Shown in pieces: positions 1 through 12,320 of a stretch of 32,000 nucleotides of DNA. The notes under the pieces are model-generated. The model was not told where the DNA came from. It was given only the letters and a program-made list of their open reading frames with translations, and searched no databases. The position numbers and the translations under genes are program-made. The first letter of the stretch is position 1, and the number at the start of each line of letters is the position of its first letter. This stretch comes from Zygophlyctis sp. KS116 (lineage: Eukaryota > Fungi > Chytridiomycota): positions 1 to 32,000 of the forward strand of contig BAAFSQ010000069.1 of NCBI GenBank assembly GCA_054661495.1, in the 5' to 3' direction.

Positions 1-2715
1 TCCTGAAGAAATTGAAAGATTGACTAATTTGCAAACTCTGTAATTATTTTAAAACTTAAAATGAAAGTGATCTTTCCGGAAATTCCCTCTCAGATTCAAT
101 CCCTGCTGAAATTGAAAAATTAAAAAGTTTGGAATATCTGTAATTATTTTAAAAATTAAAATTCAAGTTATCTAGCCGACAATCAACTCTCAGGATCAAT
201 TCCTGCAACAATTGGAAATTTGATAAATTTGCGCGAACTGTAATTATCCTCTAAATTTACAATGAAAGTTATCTTAACGACAATCAACTATCCGGTTCAA
301 TTCCTGCAGAGATTGGAAATTTGATAAATTTGCAAAGACTGTAATTATTTTAAAAATTAAAAATGAAAGTCGTCTTCACAACAATCACCTCTCGGGACAA
401 ATTCCTGAAGAAATTGAAAATTTAAACAGTTTAGAATTGTTAAGTACCGTTGAAGGCAATCCACTCTTAGATTCAAATCCTGCAGAACCTGGAAATTCGT
501 CAAGTGTGATCCCAGGAAATGATCCTACATTCATTAATACAACTGCTAGTTGTACATCGACTTCTTCTGACTGCTGCTGGGTTGTCCGATCTTGGCAAAT
601 GATGGGTCAAACTATTCCAAGTGACATCTCACCTACAGACAACAGTTGTTGTAGTAAGTCTATGGATGGTGTGACTTGTGATGGAAACTCTAAAATCACA
701 AGCATCAGGTGGATTAAGAAAGGTTTGAATCAGCATATTCCTTCTGGAATTGGAAATTTGAAAAGTTTAACTCATCTGTAAATTTTTCCAAAATTAAAAG
801 TTGAAGTGATCTTAACGGAAATTATCTTACAGGACCAATCCCTCCGGAAATTGGAGAGTTGACTCATTTGACTCATCTGTAATTTTTTAAAGATTCATAT
901 CAAAGTTCTCTGACGCTCAACGCACTATCTGGGCCTATTCCCAAAGAGATTGGAAAGCTGACAAATCTAAATAAACTGTAATTATTTCTTAAATAATAAC
1001 AAGTGCTGTTAATTTCAATCAAATAACTGGATCGATTCCAGCAGAGGTCGGATTTTTGACAAAGTTGAAATATCTGTAACTTTCTTTTTAGTTTAATTCA
1101 CAGCGGTCTTTATGAAAACAAACTATCTGGATCAATACCTCCATCGATTGGAACTTTTCCTAGTTTAACTGATCTGTAAGTTTTCTGAATTTAAGATCAA
1201 AGTTATCTTTTCAAGAATGCTGGTTTAAATGACACGTTTATTCCAAGCTGTCAAATGGGAGTAAGTTATTCTGGGACAACAGTAAACGTCACTTACCCAA
1301 ACAGCTGTTTTAACCCGGTTACAACCACAACAACGACAACAGCTAGAAAAACCACAGCTATTACAACCAGAACGACAACCACAGCTATTACAACCAGAAC
1401 GACAACCACAGCTATTACAACCAGAACGACAACCACATCTACAACAACCTCTTCCGGAGAAGAAGAAGAAGAAAACGATGATGAAGAAGAAAACGATCAA
1501 GAACATAACAATCAAGTCGAAGGAGAAGGGCAAGGGCCAGATGCTGTAGGTGGTGCGGGTGCTGCGGGTGCTGTAGGTGGTGCGGGTGCTGTAGGTGCTG
1601 TAGGTGGTGCGGGTGCTGTAGGTGGTGTAGTTGAAGTAGTGGATGGTGTATTAGATAATGAAGGTGGTGGTGAGGAAACGGTACAAACTGGGGCAGGGAG
1701 TGGTATAGTTGGACCGTTTACCAACGAAGATTCCGAAACTTCTATCAAAACTACTGCATCAATCCAAACTACTGAATCTATCAAAACTACTGCATCTATA
1801 CAAACTACTGAATCTATCAAAACTACTGCATCTATCAAAACTACTGCATCTATCCAAACTACTGAATCTATCAAAACTTCTGCATCTATCAGAACTACTG
1901 CATCTGTCCAAACTACTGAATCTATCAAAACTGCTGCATCTATCCAAACTACTGAATCTATCAAAACTTCTGCATCTATCAAACCAATCCAAACTACTGA
2001 ATCTATGACATCTGCAACAACAGCCGGCAATGACAATGATGAAGGAAATGATCTAAATTTTACTGGAGGTGGTGGTACTGCCCCAACAACTGCTGTGTCT
2101 GTTGACACTTCAGGCGATGGGAGCACAACTACAGCCACAGCTATGATTTCACTCCCCAACTGTTCTCAAGATTCTCAAGACTGCTGTTGGGTTGTCAAAG
2201 CTTGGCAAATAATGAAAGGTTCTCCTTCAAACATATCATTTTCAGATAACAGTTGTTGTACCAAGCATATGGACGGCGTGACTTGTGAAAATTCCAAAGT
2301 TACAAAGATTATTTGGAATCAAAAAGGTTTGTCGCAAAGCATTCCCGTAGCAATGGGAAATTTAAAAAGTTTAATGAATCTTGATCTTGGACACAATAAT
2401 ATCACAGGTTCAATTCCTCAAAAACTTGGAAATTTGAAAAATTTGAAAAATCTGTAACTATTTTAAGATTTAATATTAAAGCATTTTCAGCAAAAACAAG
2501 CTGAGTGGACCAATCCCTGCAGAAATTGGAAAGTTGACAAATCTTAAAAATCTGTAACTATATTAAATTTAAAATTCTACTAGTTATCTTGACAGGAATT
2601 CTAACTTAAATGGCACATTTACTCCATTATGTGATATGGAAGTGTAAGAATCTTTATTTGATAAATATCTAGGTTTTATAACGGGACAGACGTGAAGGTC
2701 AATCAATGTACTTGA
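1..2715 (+). CDS. Multi-module plant-type LRR protein (Cys-rich caps, 24-aa LRRs, Thr/Ser-rich mucin-like linkers); 5' end lies outside the window
   Basis: Removing phase-2 GT-AG introns at 40-67, 140-167, 240-268, 341-369, 778-806, 879-905, 978-1003, 1076-1103, 1176-1202, 2454-2481, 2554-2583 and 2644-2672 gives one open frame ending at TGA 2713-2715. Repeats match LxxLxLxxNxLsGxIPxEIG. Two DCCWVV...DNSCC...MDGVTC caps. Confidence 0.9.
1351..1434 (+). repeat. Coding tandem repeat, 27 nt x3 (TTAITTRTT)
   Basis: ACCACAGCTATTACAACCAGAACGACA at 1351, 1378 and 1405. Confidence 0.95.
1543..1626 (+). repeat. Coding Gly/Ala/Val repeat (AVGGAG)
   Basis: GCTGTAGGTGGTGCGGGT units mixed with 9-nt subunits. 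Confidence 0.85.
1741..2004 (+). repeat. Coding minisatellite of alternating 18-nt units (SIKTTA / SIQTTE), 36-nt higher-order repeat
   Basis: TCTATCAAAACTACTGCA and TCTATCCAAACTACTGAA alternate with few substitutions. Confidence 0.95.
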
Positions 2716-3150
2716 TTTAACTGTGTATATTAGAAATGATCAATGTTCCGACTTGATTATTCTTAGTACAGAATCATACTGTTTTTTCTTGCTTTTCATT
2801 TCTCTACTTTTTGATTCGCAATTCTGAGTTTTTTAACTTCCAAACCATGACCTTTGTTAGATTTGGTACCGGGCATTCATTTTGGGACCGGAAAGTTACT
2901 TTAAGCACCAGCATAAAACTTATTTAAAATCTAATATTGTGTCCGCCGATTAAAGACAATGATTCCAGATGCGATAATAGCTGCTTTATCATTTGCATCC
3001 AAAATATGTTTGATCAGCAAAGTGAACGAGTCCGTTGTCATCAAGACTGAAAGACCTGCGCCGCAAATGCCGTCAAGTTTTTTCTCTTAAACAGCAGGTA
3101 AGATATCAGTTTCTTAAAATATCAGACTGAAATTTTAAATCTTGAATTTG

Positions 3151-4983
3151 ATGCTTTCAGCAATGTCTTCAAGCAAACATCTGCCAAATCCAAGAAAGCG
3201 ACCAATTAGTGAAGTAGATGCCGAGTTCCCTTCTTTACCGATGAAATCATTTGAAGCGACCATTGAATTTGCTAAAAAGTCACAAGAAGCACTGCAGTCT
3301 GTTGGAAAAGGTCTATCCTCTGCTGGTTTTTCCGGAACATCTTCCCTGTTTCTTCCTCTGATTTCTCCTAATCAACTTCAACATAGATTTGATGTTGGCG
3401 AAGATGACTCTGTCTTTGTGATGGTGAGAAAGTCATATCCTCTCCTTAAGCAAGAAGTTGATAGTCTTAATGTCAGGAAATACTCTGGAATCTATGTTAG
3501 AGGTCCTGTGGGAGTTGGAAAGAGCTATTTGCTGTATCTCTTGGCTGCTGAATATCGGCTGAATAGGGAAAGATATAGAGTTACATACATTAATGACTGT
3601 GCTTTGTGGAGGGATGTTGGAAACGAGATTTTCCTCAGAGAACTTGTTACTACCTTTTACAACGATACGGTCGGAAAAAAGTACATTGTAGAATGGTGTA
3701 AAGCAGTCTCTCGAAGGGACAAGGCGGAAAAGATGATGAAGATGATTGATTCTATTGTCAAATATGTTCACAAGAACAATCTTGAATGGATTCTTATTTT
3801 TGACCAGCACAATGCTTTGTTTAATCCTTCAATTGTCAAGGAATTTCCATTCAATCTTATCAATGCAATTTCTCGTAAGATGGCTTCTAATATCAAGGTT
3901 GTTATTTCAGCATCTGCCAATAATGAAGGATATCCTACCGAAATGCAAGGATGGCATACTCACGATATTTCTAGTCACGGTTTTGATGAGGAAGAATTCC
4001 AAGTCTGGTGTGATCATTACTCTCTTGAAGATAATACCAAAGTCAATCATGAGTCTGACGAGGCCAATGATGCTCTGTACTGGACTGGTGGTGTTCCATA
4101 TGAATTGTTTTTGCTTTGGAAGCAACCAATTAAGGGCTTGATTGAGAAAACACATAATTATCGGAAACAGAGACTTGTAGAAATGAGGTTTCATCATGGA
4201 AATTTTTATGACAAATTATCGGAAGAAAAGAAAGATCATCTCAAAGAGTGTATCTCTCGTATGGCTCTAAAGATGACTCCTCCCGAAGGATTAGAAGGAA
4301 TGGACAGGCAACTCTTTGATATAATCAAAGATGATGAGACAGGTACCGAAATCATAACAGCTTTGAATCCAGTTGCTCGTCGTGCATTGTTGGGGTACCA
4401 TGGCAAAGATACTCTGATTAGGTCCCTTACAATTGTCACTGAGCTTGTTTTGATAGGTTCAGAGTATACGAATGCAATCAAGGGTAAAATCTCTGAAATT
4501 TACATTACTACTTTGATTGAAATATCTTCACTCTTTACTTTTAAATTCAGAAAGGTTAGAAGAATAGGATTTCCTGATGATGTTCCAGAAATCAAGAGAA
4601 TAGAAATCAAATCAGTGGTTCATTTCCTCAAGAACAGTCTTCCGGTAAAGACATCACTCAATAAGAACCTCTCAACATTGTTTGTTCCTGAATCTCCCAC
4701 TTATCCAAGGTTTGATTTCTTTATTTGGGATTCTACACGCCAGGTTCTTATGGGGTTTCAAGTAACAGTAAAGAATCCTATTTCTAAACATTCAAAACTG
4801 GAAAGCTCTCGAGCGTGGGAACTATTCTGCTTTGGTAAAGAAAAACAAACGCCTATGGAATTGTATTGGGTTGCACCGAAACGTTGCGTTGGGAAAGAAA
4901 CAGGGCCAGTTTGGGATGATTCCATCATATTATTTGAAGATTTGAGTAATGATTTTCCTGCACTGGGTAATTTATCTCTTTAA
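3151..4983 (+). CDS. Crinkler/RHS-class protein: P-loop NTPase plus C-terminal PD-(D/E)xK-type nuclease; CDS intronless
   Basis: Walker A GPVGVGKS, Walker B-like ILIFDQHN, C-terminal FVPESPTYPRFDFFIWD...GFQVTV. In-frame TAA at 3136 puts the start at ATG 3151 or 3163. Probable 28-nt 5'UTR intron at 3098-3125. Confidence 0.75.
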   Translation: MLSAMSSSKHLPNPRKRPISEVDAEFPSLPMKSFEATIEFAKKSQEALQSVGKGLSSAGFSGTSSLFLPLISPNQLQHRFDVGEDDSVFVMVRKSYPLLKQEVDSLNVRKYSGIYVRGPVGVGKSYLLYLLAAEYRLNRERYRVTYINDCALWRDVGNEIFLRELVTTFYNDTVGKKYIVEWCKAVSRRDKAEKMMKMIDSIVKYVHKNNLEWILIFDQHNALFNPSIVKEFPFNLINAISRKMASNIKVVISASANNEGYPTEMQGWHTHDISSHGFDEEEFQVWCDHYSLEDNTKVNHESDEANDALYWTGGVPYELFLLWKQPIKGLIEKTHNYRKQRLVEMRFHHGNFYDKLSEEKKDHLKECISRMALKMTPPEGLEGMDRQLFDIIKDDETGTEIITALNPVARRALLGYHGKDTLIRSLTIVTELVLIGSEYTNAIKGKISEIYITTLIEISSLFTFKFRKVRRIGFPDDVPEIKRIEIKSVVHFLKNSLPVKTSLNKNLSTLFVPESPTYPRFDFFIWDSTRQVLMGFQVTVKNPISKHSKLESSRAWELFCFGKEKQTPMELYWVAPKRCVGKETGPVWDDSIILFEDLSNDFPALGNLSL

Positions 4984-5127
4984 TAAATGTGTTCTCTTCT
5001 CTGATTACTATTTGATCGTGATTGTAATGTATCCTGTCCGCCGTTCTGGGATTTAATCATACAAGCTCAAACTTAACTCTCAAGGCGAAGGCAAAATGTT
5101 TTGATATATATATTGCAAATAATTTGC

Positions 5128-6894
5128 TCACAAACTCTTTCTGATTTCTTCTATGAGAACAGTATCTGGGTTTAACGTTTCAAATAACTGGCAATCAAAT
5201 TCGTTCTTACCAGCATTCTTGCAAATAACAAGGCGTTTCGCCATCTTATCAATAGCTATAATTGATAAAACTGTTTGAATGTATGCATCAATTAAATCAT
5301 CAATCCCAATGCCTAAACAGTTAAAATCTTTGCGATCCATTAAAAGAAGACGCGAGCTTTCACTTCCCCAACTATTTTCTCCAAGTTTTACAGATAAATT
5401 GGTTCCCAGCATTTCCCATGAAGTGATGCTTGGATCATCGGTCAGATTTTTCAATAGAGGCAGACGAGCTTTTCTTGCATAACATGTAACTGGCATAAAT
5501 CCAGTCTCTGTTGCAATCACCATCATTCTTAAATCGGATACAAATGTTTGATTCTTCTTATTTGGAATTGTACCTACATGATAAAATTGACCAGATCTAG
5601 TAATTGATGACCAAGATGCATTTCCAACCAATGATTGGACTATAAATTTATCATAATGATGATCAGTATTCATAAAATCTTCCAGCTCAGAAGGATTTGT
5701 AATTGTATATACTCCTTGTCCTAGATTTTAGTTTTCTTTTAGTTACCTGCATTTGAATAAGGGACTTTAATTACAGCATGCCCTCCCATAGAGTCCAATA
5801 ATAATGGTATTTCAGACTTTGAAACATTTCGACTAGTTTCTGGAGTTCTAACTGAAAGTCCAGATTCATGAATTTCAGCATTTAAGAATTCATAAGCTCT
5901 TGCAGCCATGAGTTTGTTTCTTCCACCAGCAAGACATGAAATCACCTAGAATAAAAAAATCAAAGTTACAGGATTCAGCATAAGAGTCTTTGTAACTATG
6001 GGTATTCTACTCCAAGGCTTTTGAGTAACATATCTGAAACACGCTCTTATCTTTACCCACTCTTAAATTATCTAAATTAAATTACCCAATTCTTTAGTCC
6101 GAATATACATCCATTCATTTTCCCATTTCACAGGTGGATTAGTATCATTTTCATAATATTCAGTCAAAAATACAGACTCTTTCATCACATCTGCCAAGAC
6201 TGCTGCATAACCAGACGCTTCCATTTTATTTTTATCATAGATAACTGCAAGTTCTTTCATTAAAGATAAATTTAACATACTTCCCGTAGAAACATCTAAA
6301 TCCTTTATCAGACTCTTGAATGTTTGTTCCATGACTAAGCCATAGCCTCCATATTCTGTTCCTAGCTCTGATAACAGCGGCATTGATTTTTGTCCTAAAG
6401 TTCAAATGTTAAAAATTACCTGATGGGCAAGAGTTAGTTTCAACAATGATCATTTGTCTTTGTCCAGATGAAGTTGTTACATTGAATAGATCGGATCCAG
6501 CCCATTTAAAAAAGGTCGGATTATACTCCAGCATTGATTTCAAATAGTTTATATCACACTGCGGATTTAAATGCGAATATCTGGCCAGAATCCTTTCATT
6601 GCCGAGAGAGAAAAACGAACCGACCAATGGATGAATCGTCGCATTAAGAACCCTTGGATAATAGTGGGCCTCTGCTTCAAATTCGCCTTGCTCTATGACC
6701 AAAGAATTTCTGATTTTGGGAGTAGAGATGACGATCGGACCATTCTCTGTGTTGATATCATTAGACTGTTGCGATGATAACATAAGCTTTATCACTCTGC
6801 CCACGTTTTCGCGACGCCGACGCGCGAGTTTAAGGCGCTGATCAGCAAAGGAAAATTTTAACGATCTCAACATGATTCTTACAATCCCAAACAT
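5128..6894 (-). CDS. Circularly permuted ATP-grasp family ligase (spliced)
   Basis: Introns 6395-6419, 6254-6280, 6062-6085, 5946-5969 and 5721-5746 join four ORF fragments. Motif order GSDLF...[33 protein letters not shown]. The start may instead be ATG 6783. Confidence 0.7.
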
Positions 6895-6929
6895 TTTTCT
6901 TGATTATCTAAATCCAATAAAATATAATT

Positions 6930-8209
6930 TTAAATTTCTGAATTTGATCCATCATTTTGAATGATTTGATGCACCTCAAATAGATGTGATTGTGACTTGG
7001 ATAGATTGACGTCTTTTAAATCTAAAGATTTTTGTAATCCTTCAGACAAGTTTAGTGATGATGATGCTCTACTTAGTGAGCCAGGACTGACGGATTCTTC
7101 AGTTCCTAGATGAATATGTGATTTAGATATTCCCGCAGCCAACTTATTGACTGCCTTGATGACATCTACAGCTTTTCCAAATATTTTCTTTGCAGTTAAT
7201 CCTTCCTTAACTTTTGGGTAGAGATCTTTGACTGGAGGTGATGGTGAAACCGGTGTGTTATAAATAGGAGATTCATAAATTGTACTTGCTGGATAAGATT
7301 CAAGAATATGGAACCATTCATGAGAAAGTGCTTGTTCTGCTGTAAGTCTTTCATTTGGATTCATAATAAATAGCTTTCTTATAAAATCCTTTGCTAAATC
7401 TTTAAAATAATTTAAAATACCTGACTCAGAGACAAAGTTCCACTCTTCATCTTCAAAATCATATTTTGCATTCATGATATTATTCATTTCTTTGACTGAA
7501 TTACTATCCTTTGTTTCAAAAGGCATGGCCCCAGATAATAAAAAGTAGGCTAAAACTCCAACAGCCCACATATCTACAGGTTTACCATGTCCTTTTTTAT
7601 TCAATATTTCTGGAGCCATATATCCAGGAGTACCACACTAAAATCAACGATAAAAATTTACAGTAGTTTTCAATAATTTAGTCTCTTCTGGATCAGTAAA
7701 TTTAGATAAACCAAAGTCTGAAATAACAATATCAAATGTTCCCTTTGATCTTAACAAAATATTTTCCGGCTTTATATCACGATGTACAATCCCTTGTGAA
7801 TGCAGAAACTTTAGTACTTCAACAACTGTTTTTACTATTCCTGCTGCATCCTCTTCATAGAATGAGCCTTTAGCGATGATCCGATCGAACAATTCCCCAC
7901 CGGTACATAAATCCATAACCAGATATAAGTTATTCGGAGTCTCAAAGTAATCATGCAATTGAATTGTGCTGGGATGTCCTTTCGAGACCTTTTTCAATAT
8001 TTCAATTTCATTAATTATATCCTTCTCTCTGCCTTTCATCAGCTTCTTATTGATCACTTTGACTGCAAACTTTTCCCCAGTCTTTAGATGAATGGCCTCT
8101 TTTACAGTCGCAAAACTACCTTCCCCAAGGATTTTTCCAGTCTAAGAGGTCAATGAATTCTACATACCTTGTATTCACAGGGAGCAAGAGATGGTTTTGT
8201 TGGACTCAT
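6930..8209 (-). CDS. CMK1: Ca2+/calmodulin-dependent protein kinase, fungal CMK1/CaMKI type
   Basis: PCEYKTGKILGEGSF, AVK, HRDIKPEN, DFG, CGTPGYMAPE, DMWAVG. Introns 8142-8167, 7638-7661, 7394-7420. Confidence 0.9.
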
Positions 8210-8328
8210 AATAATAAACAAATATAACCAGCGCCACCAGTGAGCGGCCCATTGAAAACTTAATCGTTACAAGTAATAAATAATTTATAAGTACAAAACA
8301 CAATCATTGTACAAGCTTACTATAATAT

Positions 8329-10100
8329 TTAGCAGCAGATATTATTTAATTTGGCCGATAATCGCTTTCCGTGGGGAGTAGATCGGATAACAGGCAAGAG
8401 GGATTGAATATTCTTGATCAGCTACAAGTTATAAATAGAATATTACCCATTCTTTTTGGCTTGGAGAAGCATACTCCAATGCAGTTTGAACGACATAGTT
8501 TGCATAGGAATCTTTCAAGAGAGATTCAAGTCGGTTTTTGTCCAAGAGTTCAGCAATTATTTTATATCTACTTTTTTTATCTGCAACACGAATACACTAC
8601 TTATAAGATTATACTTGAAACCTTTTCAATAACATTAGAACTGAATTTCTGAACCGAGAGAATGCAAATATTATTCAAAAATCTCTCAATTATTGAGCTA
8701 ATGAATTCAGCAGCATTTAGATCTAGGATATATTGAACTACATAGTTTCCAAAAGGATTCTTTTACTTAGATGAGAAAATTACCTGAACTAATGCCAGTC
8801 CATAAGTTACTATTTCAGTTATCAATTTCTCTTTTTGATCCAACTTTGCATAATCAATGCAGCGCTGTATTACACAGCAGCCATGTCTATGAGTTGCTAC
8901 TAAAATCACATTAGAAGCTATTGAATCATAAATAAATTGATTATGTTGGGGTTTAAAATAAATAAGACATTTTTGAATGACATGATTTCCATTCAAATCC
9001 TTTTTTTAAGTTTTTTTTATAAAATTACCATAATAAGTTCAATGACATCAATTCTTAAAGTTTGAATTACAGTATTTATCTAGTTTTAGAAGTTAAAATT
9101 ACTAAAGCAGTAGATGCAACTACTTCACATAATTTCTGAGCAGCACGAGTCCCATGACTATTCTTACAAATAGATACTAAATGAGGAATAACCAAATCCA
9201 CAACTTCTTTTTTTTGATCTAGAGTAGAATAATCAAGCATTTTTTGACAAAGATAATTCCCAAAAGGATCAATCATCAATTCAGGAAAAGAAGTAGAGAC
9301 TTCACGAAATAATAAATCTAAATCCCCATCTTTACATTCATCCAACTTTCTTTGAAGAAATCTACAACCTTGTTGATCCTTACAAAGTAACAATAAATGT
9401 CCTTCAAAGTCTAAAACATCTGCATTTACAAAATGATGAGCTAAACCATTACTAAAAGTATTTTTACATTCTAAAATCCTTGGTTTATTCCCATTCTTGT
9501 TAAACTTTTGAGAATTTTGCCCATAAACGGTGTTTGAATTTACATCTCCAAAATAACCCAGTCTATTATTCCCTTCAACAGGTATTTGAGGCCCCATTAC
9601 TTGCGGATTTAAAACATGAACAAACTTGCAACTATTTCCTCTTGCACAATATCCCTGAAGAAAAAATGAACAAATCGCAGGCATAGCATTAGTATTTGAG
9701 CTCATTACAGGTTCAAACTTTGATCCTTTAAACGACTTTGACCCAGAATTAACATGACCTTGATTGCCTTGAAATTATTATAATAAATATACTCCAAACA
9801 TCTTTAAAAGAACCATTCTGACTTTTAAATCCTTTTTCCTTAATTTCTAAAAACGATACCAAAGTCAATTAAAGAATCTTTAGAGTCAATCGTCAACAAT
9901 GAATCTTGTTCCGTCTCATCCATATTTAAAGAATCTACAGATTTCCACAATTCTTCAATTGGACTTGTCGACCATGATGCATCCGAGTCTGAAAGAAACA
10001 AGTTCTAAGTTTTAAAAAGCAATATGCAAACCTCACGAATACAAATATCATTAAAAGACTCTTCATACAACCATTGTCTTTCAAGTATAGAACCAATCAT
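8329..10100 (-). CDS. PUF4: Puf4/Mpt5-like Pumilio RNA-binding protein with an N-terminal CCCH zinc finger
   Basis: Eight PUF repeats with recognition triplets CRQ, NYQ, TRQ, NHQ, CCQ, NYQ, SNE, NYQ. CSFFLQGYCARGNSCKFVH finger. Several micro-introns; spliced frame runs from ATG 10100 to TAA 8329-8331 (5' exons less certain). Confidence 0.85.
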
Positions 10101-10151
10101 GACAGTTATTTGATAAATCAAAACTGCTACCGCCTTGTTGTAGGAGTAAAA

Positions 10152-10230
10152 AACATGTCCGATTTAACATGTCCGATTTTGATTTACGAATGACTATTCT
10201 TAAAACCCTACATGAAAAATGTAAACCCTA
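10152..10230. promoter_or_regulatory. Divergent PUF4/RRF promoter with duplicated motifs
   Basis: AACATGTCCGATTT twice in tandem (10152-10179); AAACCCTA at 10203 and 10223. Confidence 0.45.
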
Positions 10231-10857
10231 ATGTTTCGTTTGCTGACGAGAACCAAAACAACAACCAAAACAACAATTAAAACAACCAATGGCTTTGATC
10301 TCACAAAAGTACAACATCAATTGGTGAATGCACAAGATTTCATTGCAGGAAAACTAAAGGATCTCAAACCAGAATCATTGCCAGGTGGATTTTCAATTGA
10401 AAATGTTCAAGTCAAGATTGACAAAAAAACGGCTCTTTTAAAAGAATTGGCTGAAGTCTCTCAAAGAAATAATTCACATTGGATGATTATGGTAACGTAA
10501 GTATTTTAGAAAATAAATTCTAGAGAAGAGAATTGGATAAATCAGATTATAAAATCTCTAAAATCTACTTATCCTCAATTGTCTCCCTCCAAAAAGGACT
10601 CTAATACAATCACTATTCCGATTCCTAAAATTACAAGAAAAAAGACTGATATTTTACAAGATTGTAAAGATACAGTTGAAAATAGTAAATTAACTATAAG
10701 GAATATCAGGGCTTCTGCTAGAGCTGATCTTAAAAAAAGTGGTTTATCAAAAGATGAAATATTTGATCTTGACAAGGAAATTGAAGAGTTGGTCAAGAAA
10801 TCACTAGGAAAAGTAGATCAGTTATTTACAGTAAAGAAACAAGAACTACAAAAGTAA
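10231..10857 (+). CDS. RRF1: Mitochondrial ribosome recycling factor (divergent)
   Basis: Basic Thr-rich presequence-like N-terminus; ITIPIPKIT...KLTIRNIR...SKDE...KKQEL typical of RRF; intron 10497-10523. Confidence 0.75.
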
Positions 10858-10883
10858 TTGAGGCTAAAATAGATTTATTTGAA

Positions 10884-12320
<1,437 letters not shown>

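Noticed and set aside
38-370. CRISPR-like pattern of ~28-nt repeats with 72-nt spacers at 100-nt period
   Set aside because: The repeats are GT-AG introns and the spacers are mutually homologous LRR exons; the context is eukaryotic with no cas genes.
439-470. Additional intron after the last LRR of the first module
   Set aside because: The frame is open without it; 439-470 leads to a stop, and 444-470 is in frame but GC-richer than the real introns, so it cannot be supported.
1225-2159. ORFs 1225-1533(-), 1512-2159(-), 1709-2008(+) and 1759-1992(-), including Cys-rich metallothionein-like and Leu-rich patterns
   Set aside because: Shadow frames of the coding tandem repeats.
2959-3090. 43-aa ORF upstream of the NTPase gene as a missing N-terminal exon
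   Set aside because: It ends at TAA 3088-3090 before the donor at 3098, and no splice choice joins it in frame; at most a uORF.
3433-4481. Overlapping ORFs inside the NTPase-REase gene
   Set aside because: No recognisable motifs; alternative-frame or antisense shadows.
6894-6930. 35-nt CMK1 to ATP-grasp gap as another coupled junction
   Set aside because: The start codon is uncertain; ATG 6783 behind a GC-rich patch is equally plausible.
10203-10230. Interstitial telomeric repeat
   Set aside because: Only two separated AAACCCTA copies, not an array.
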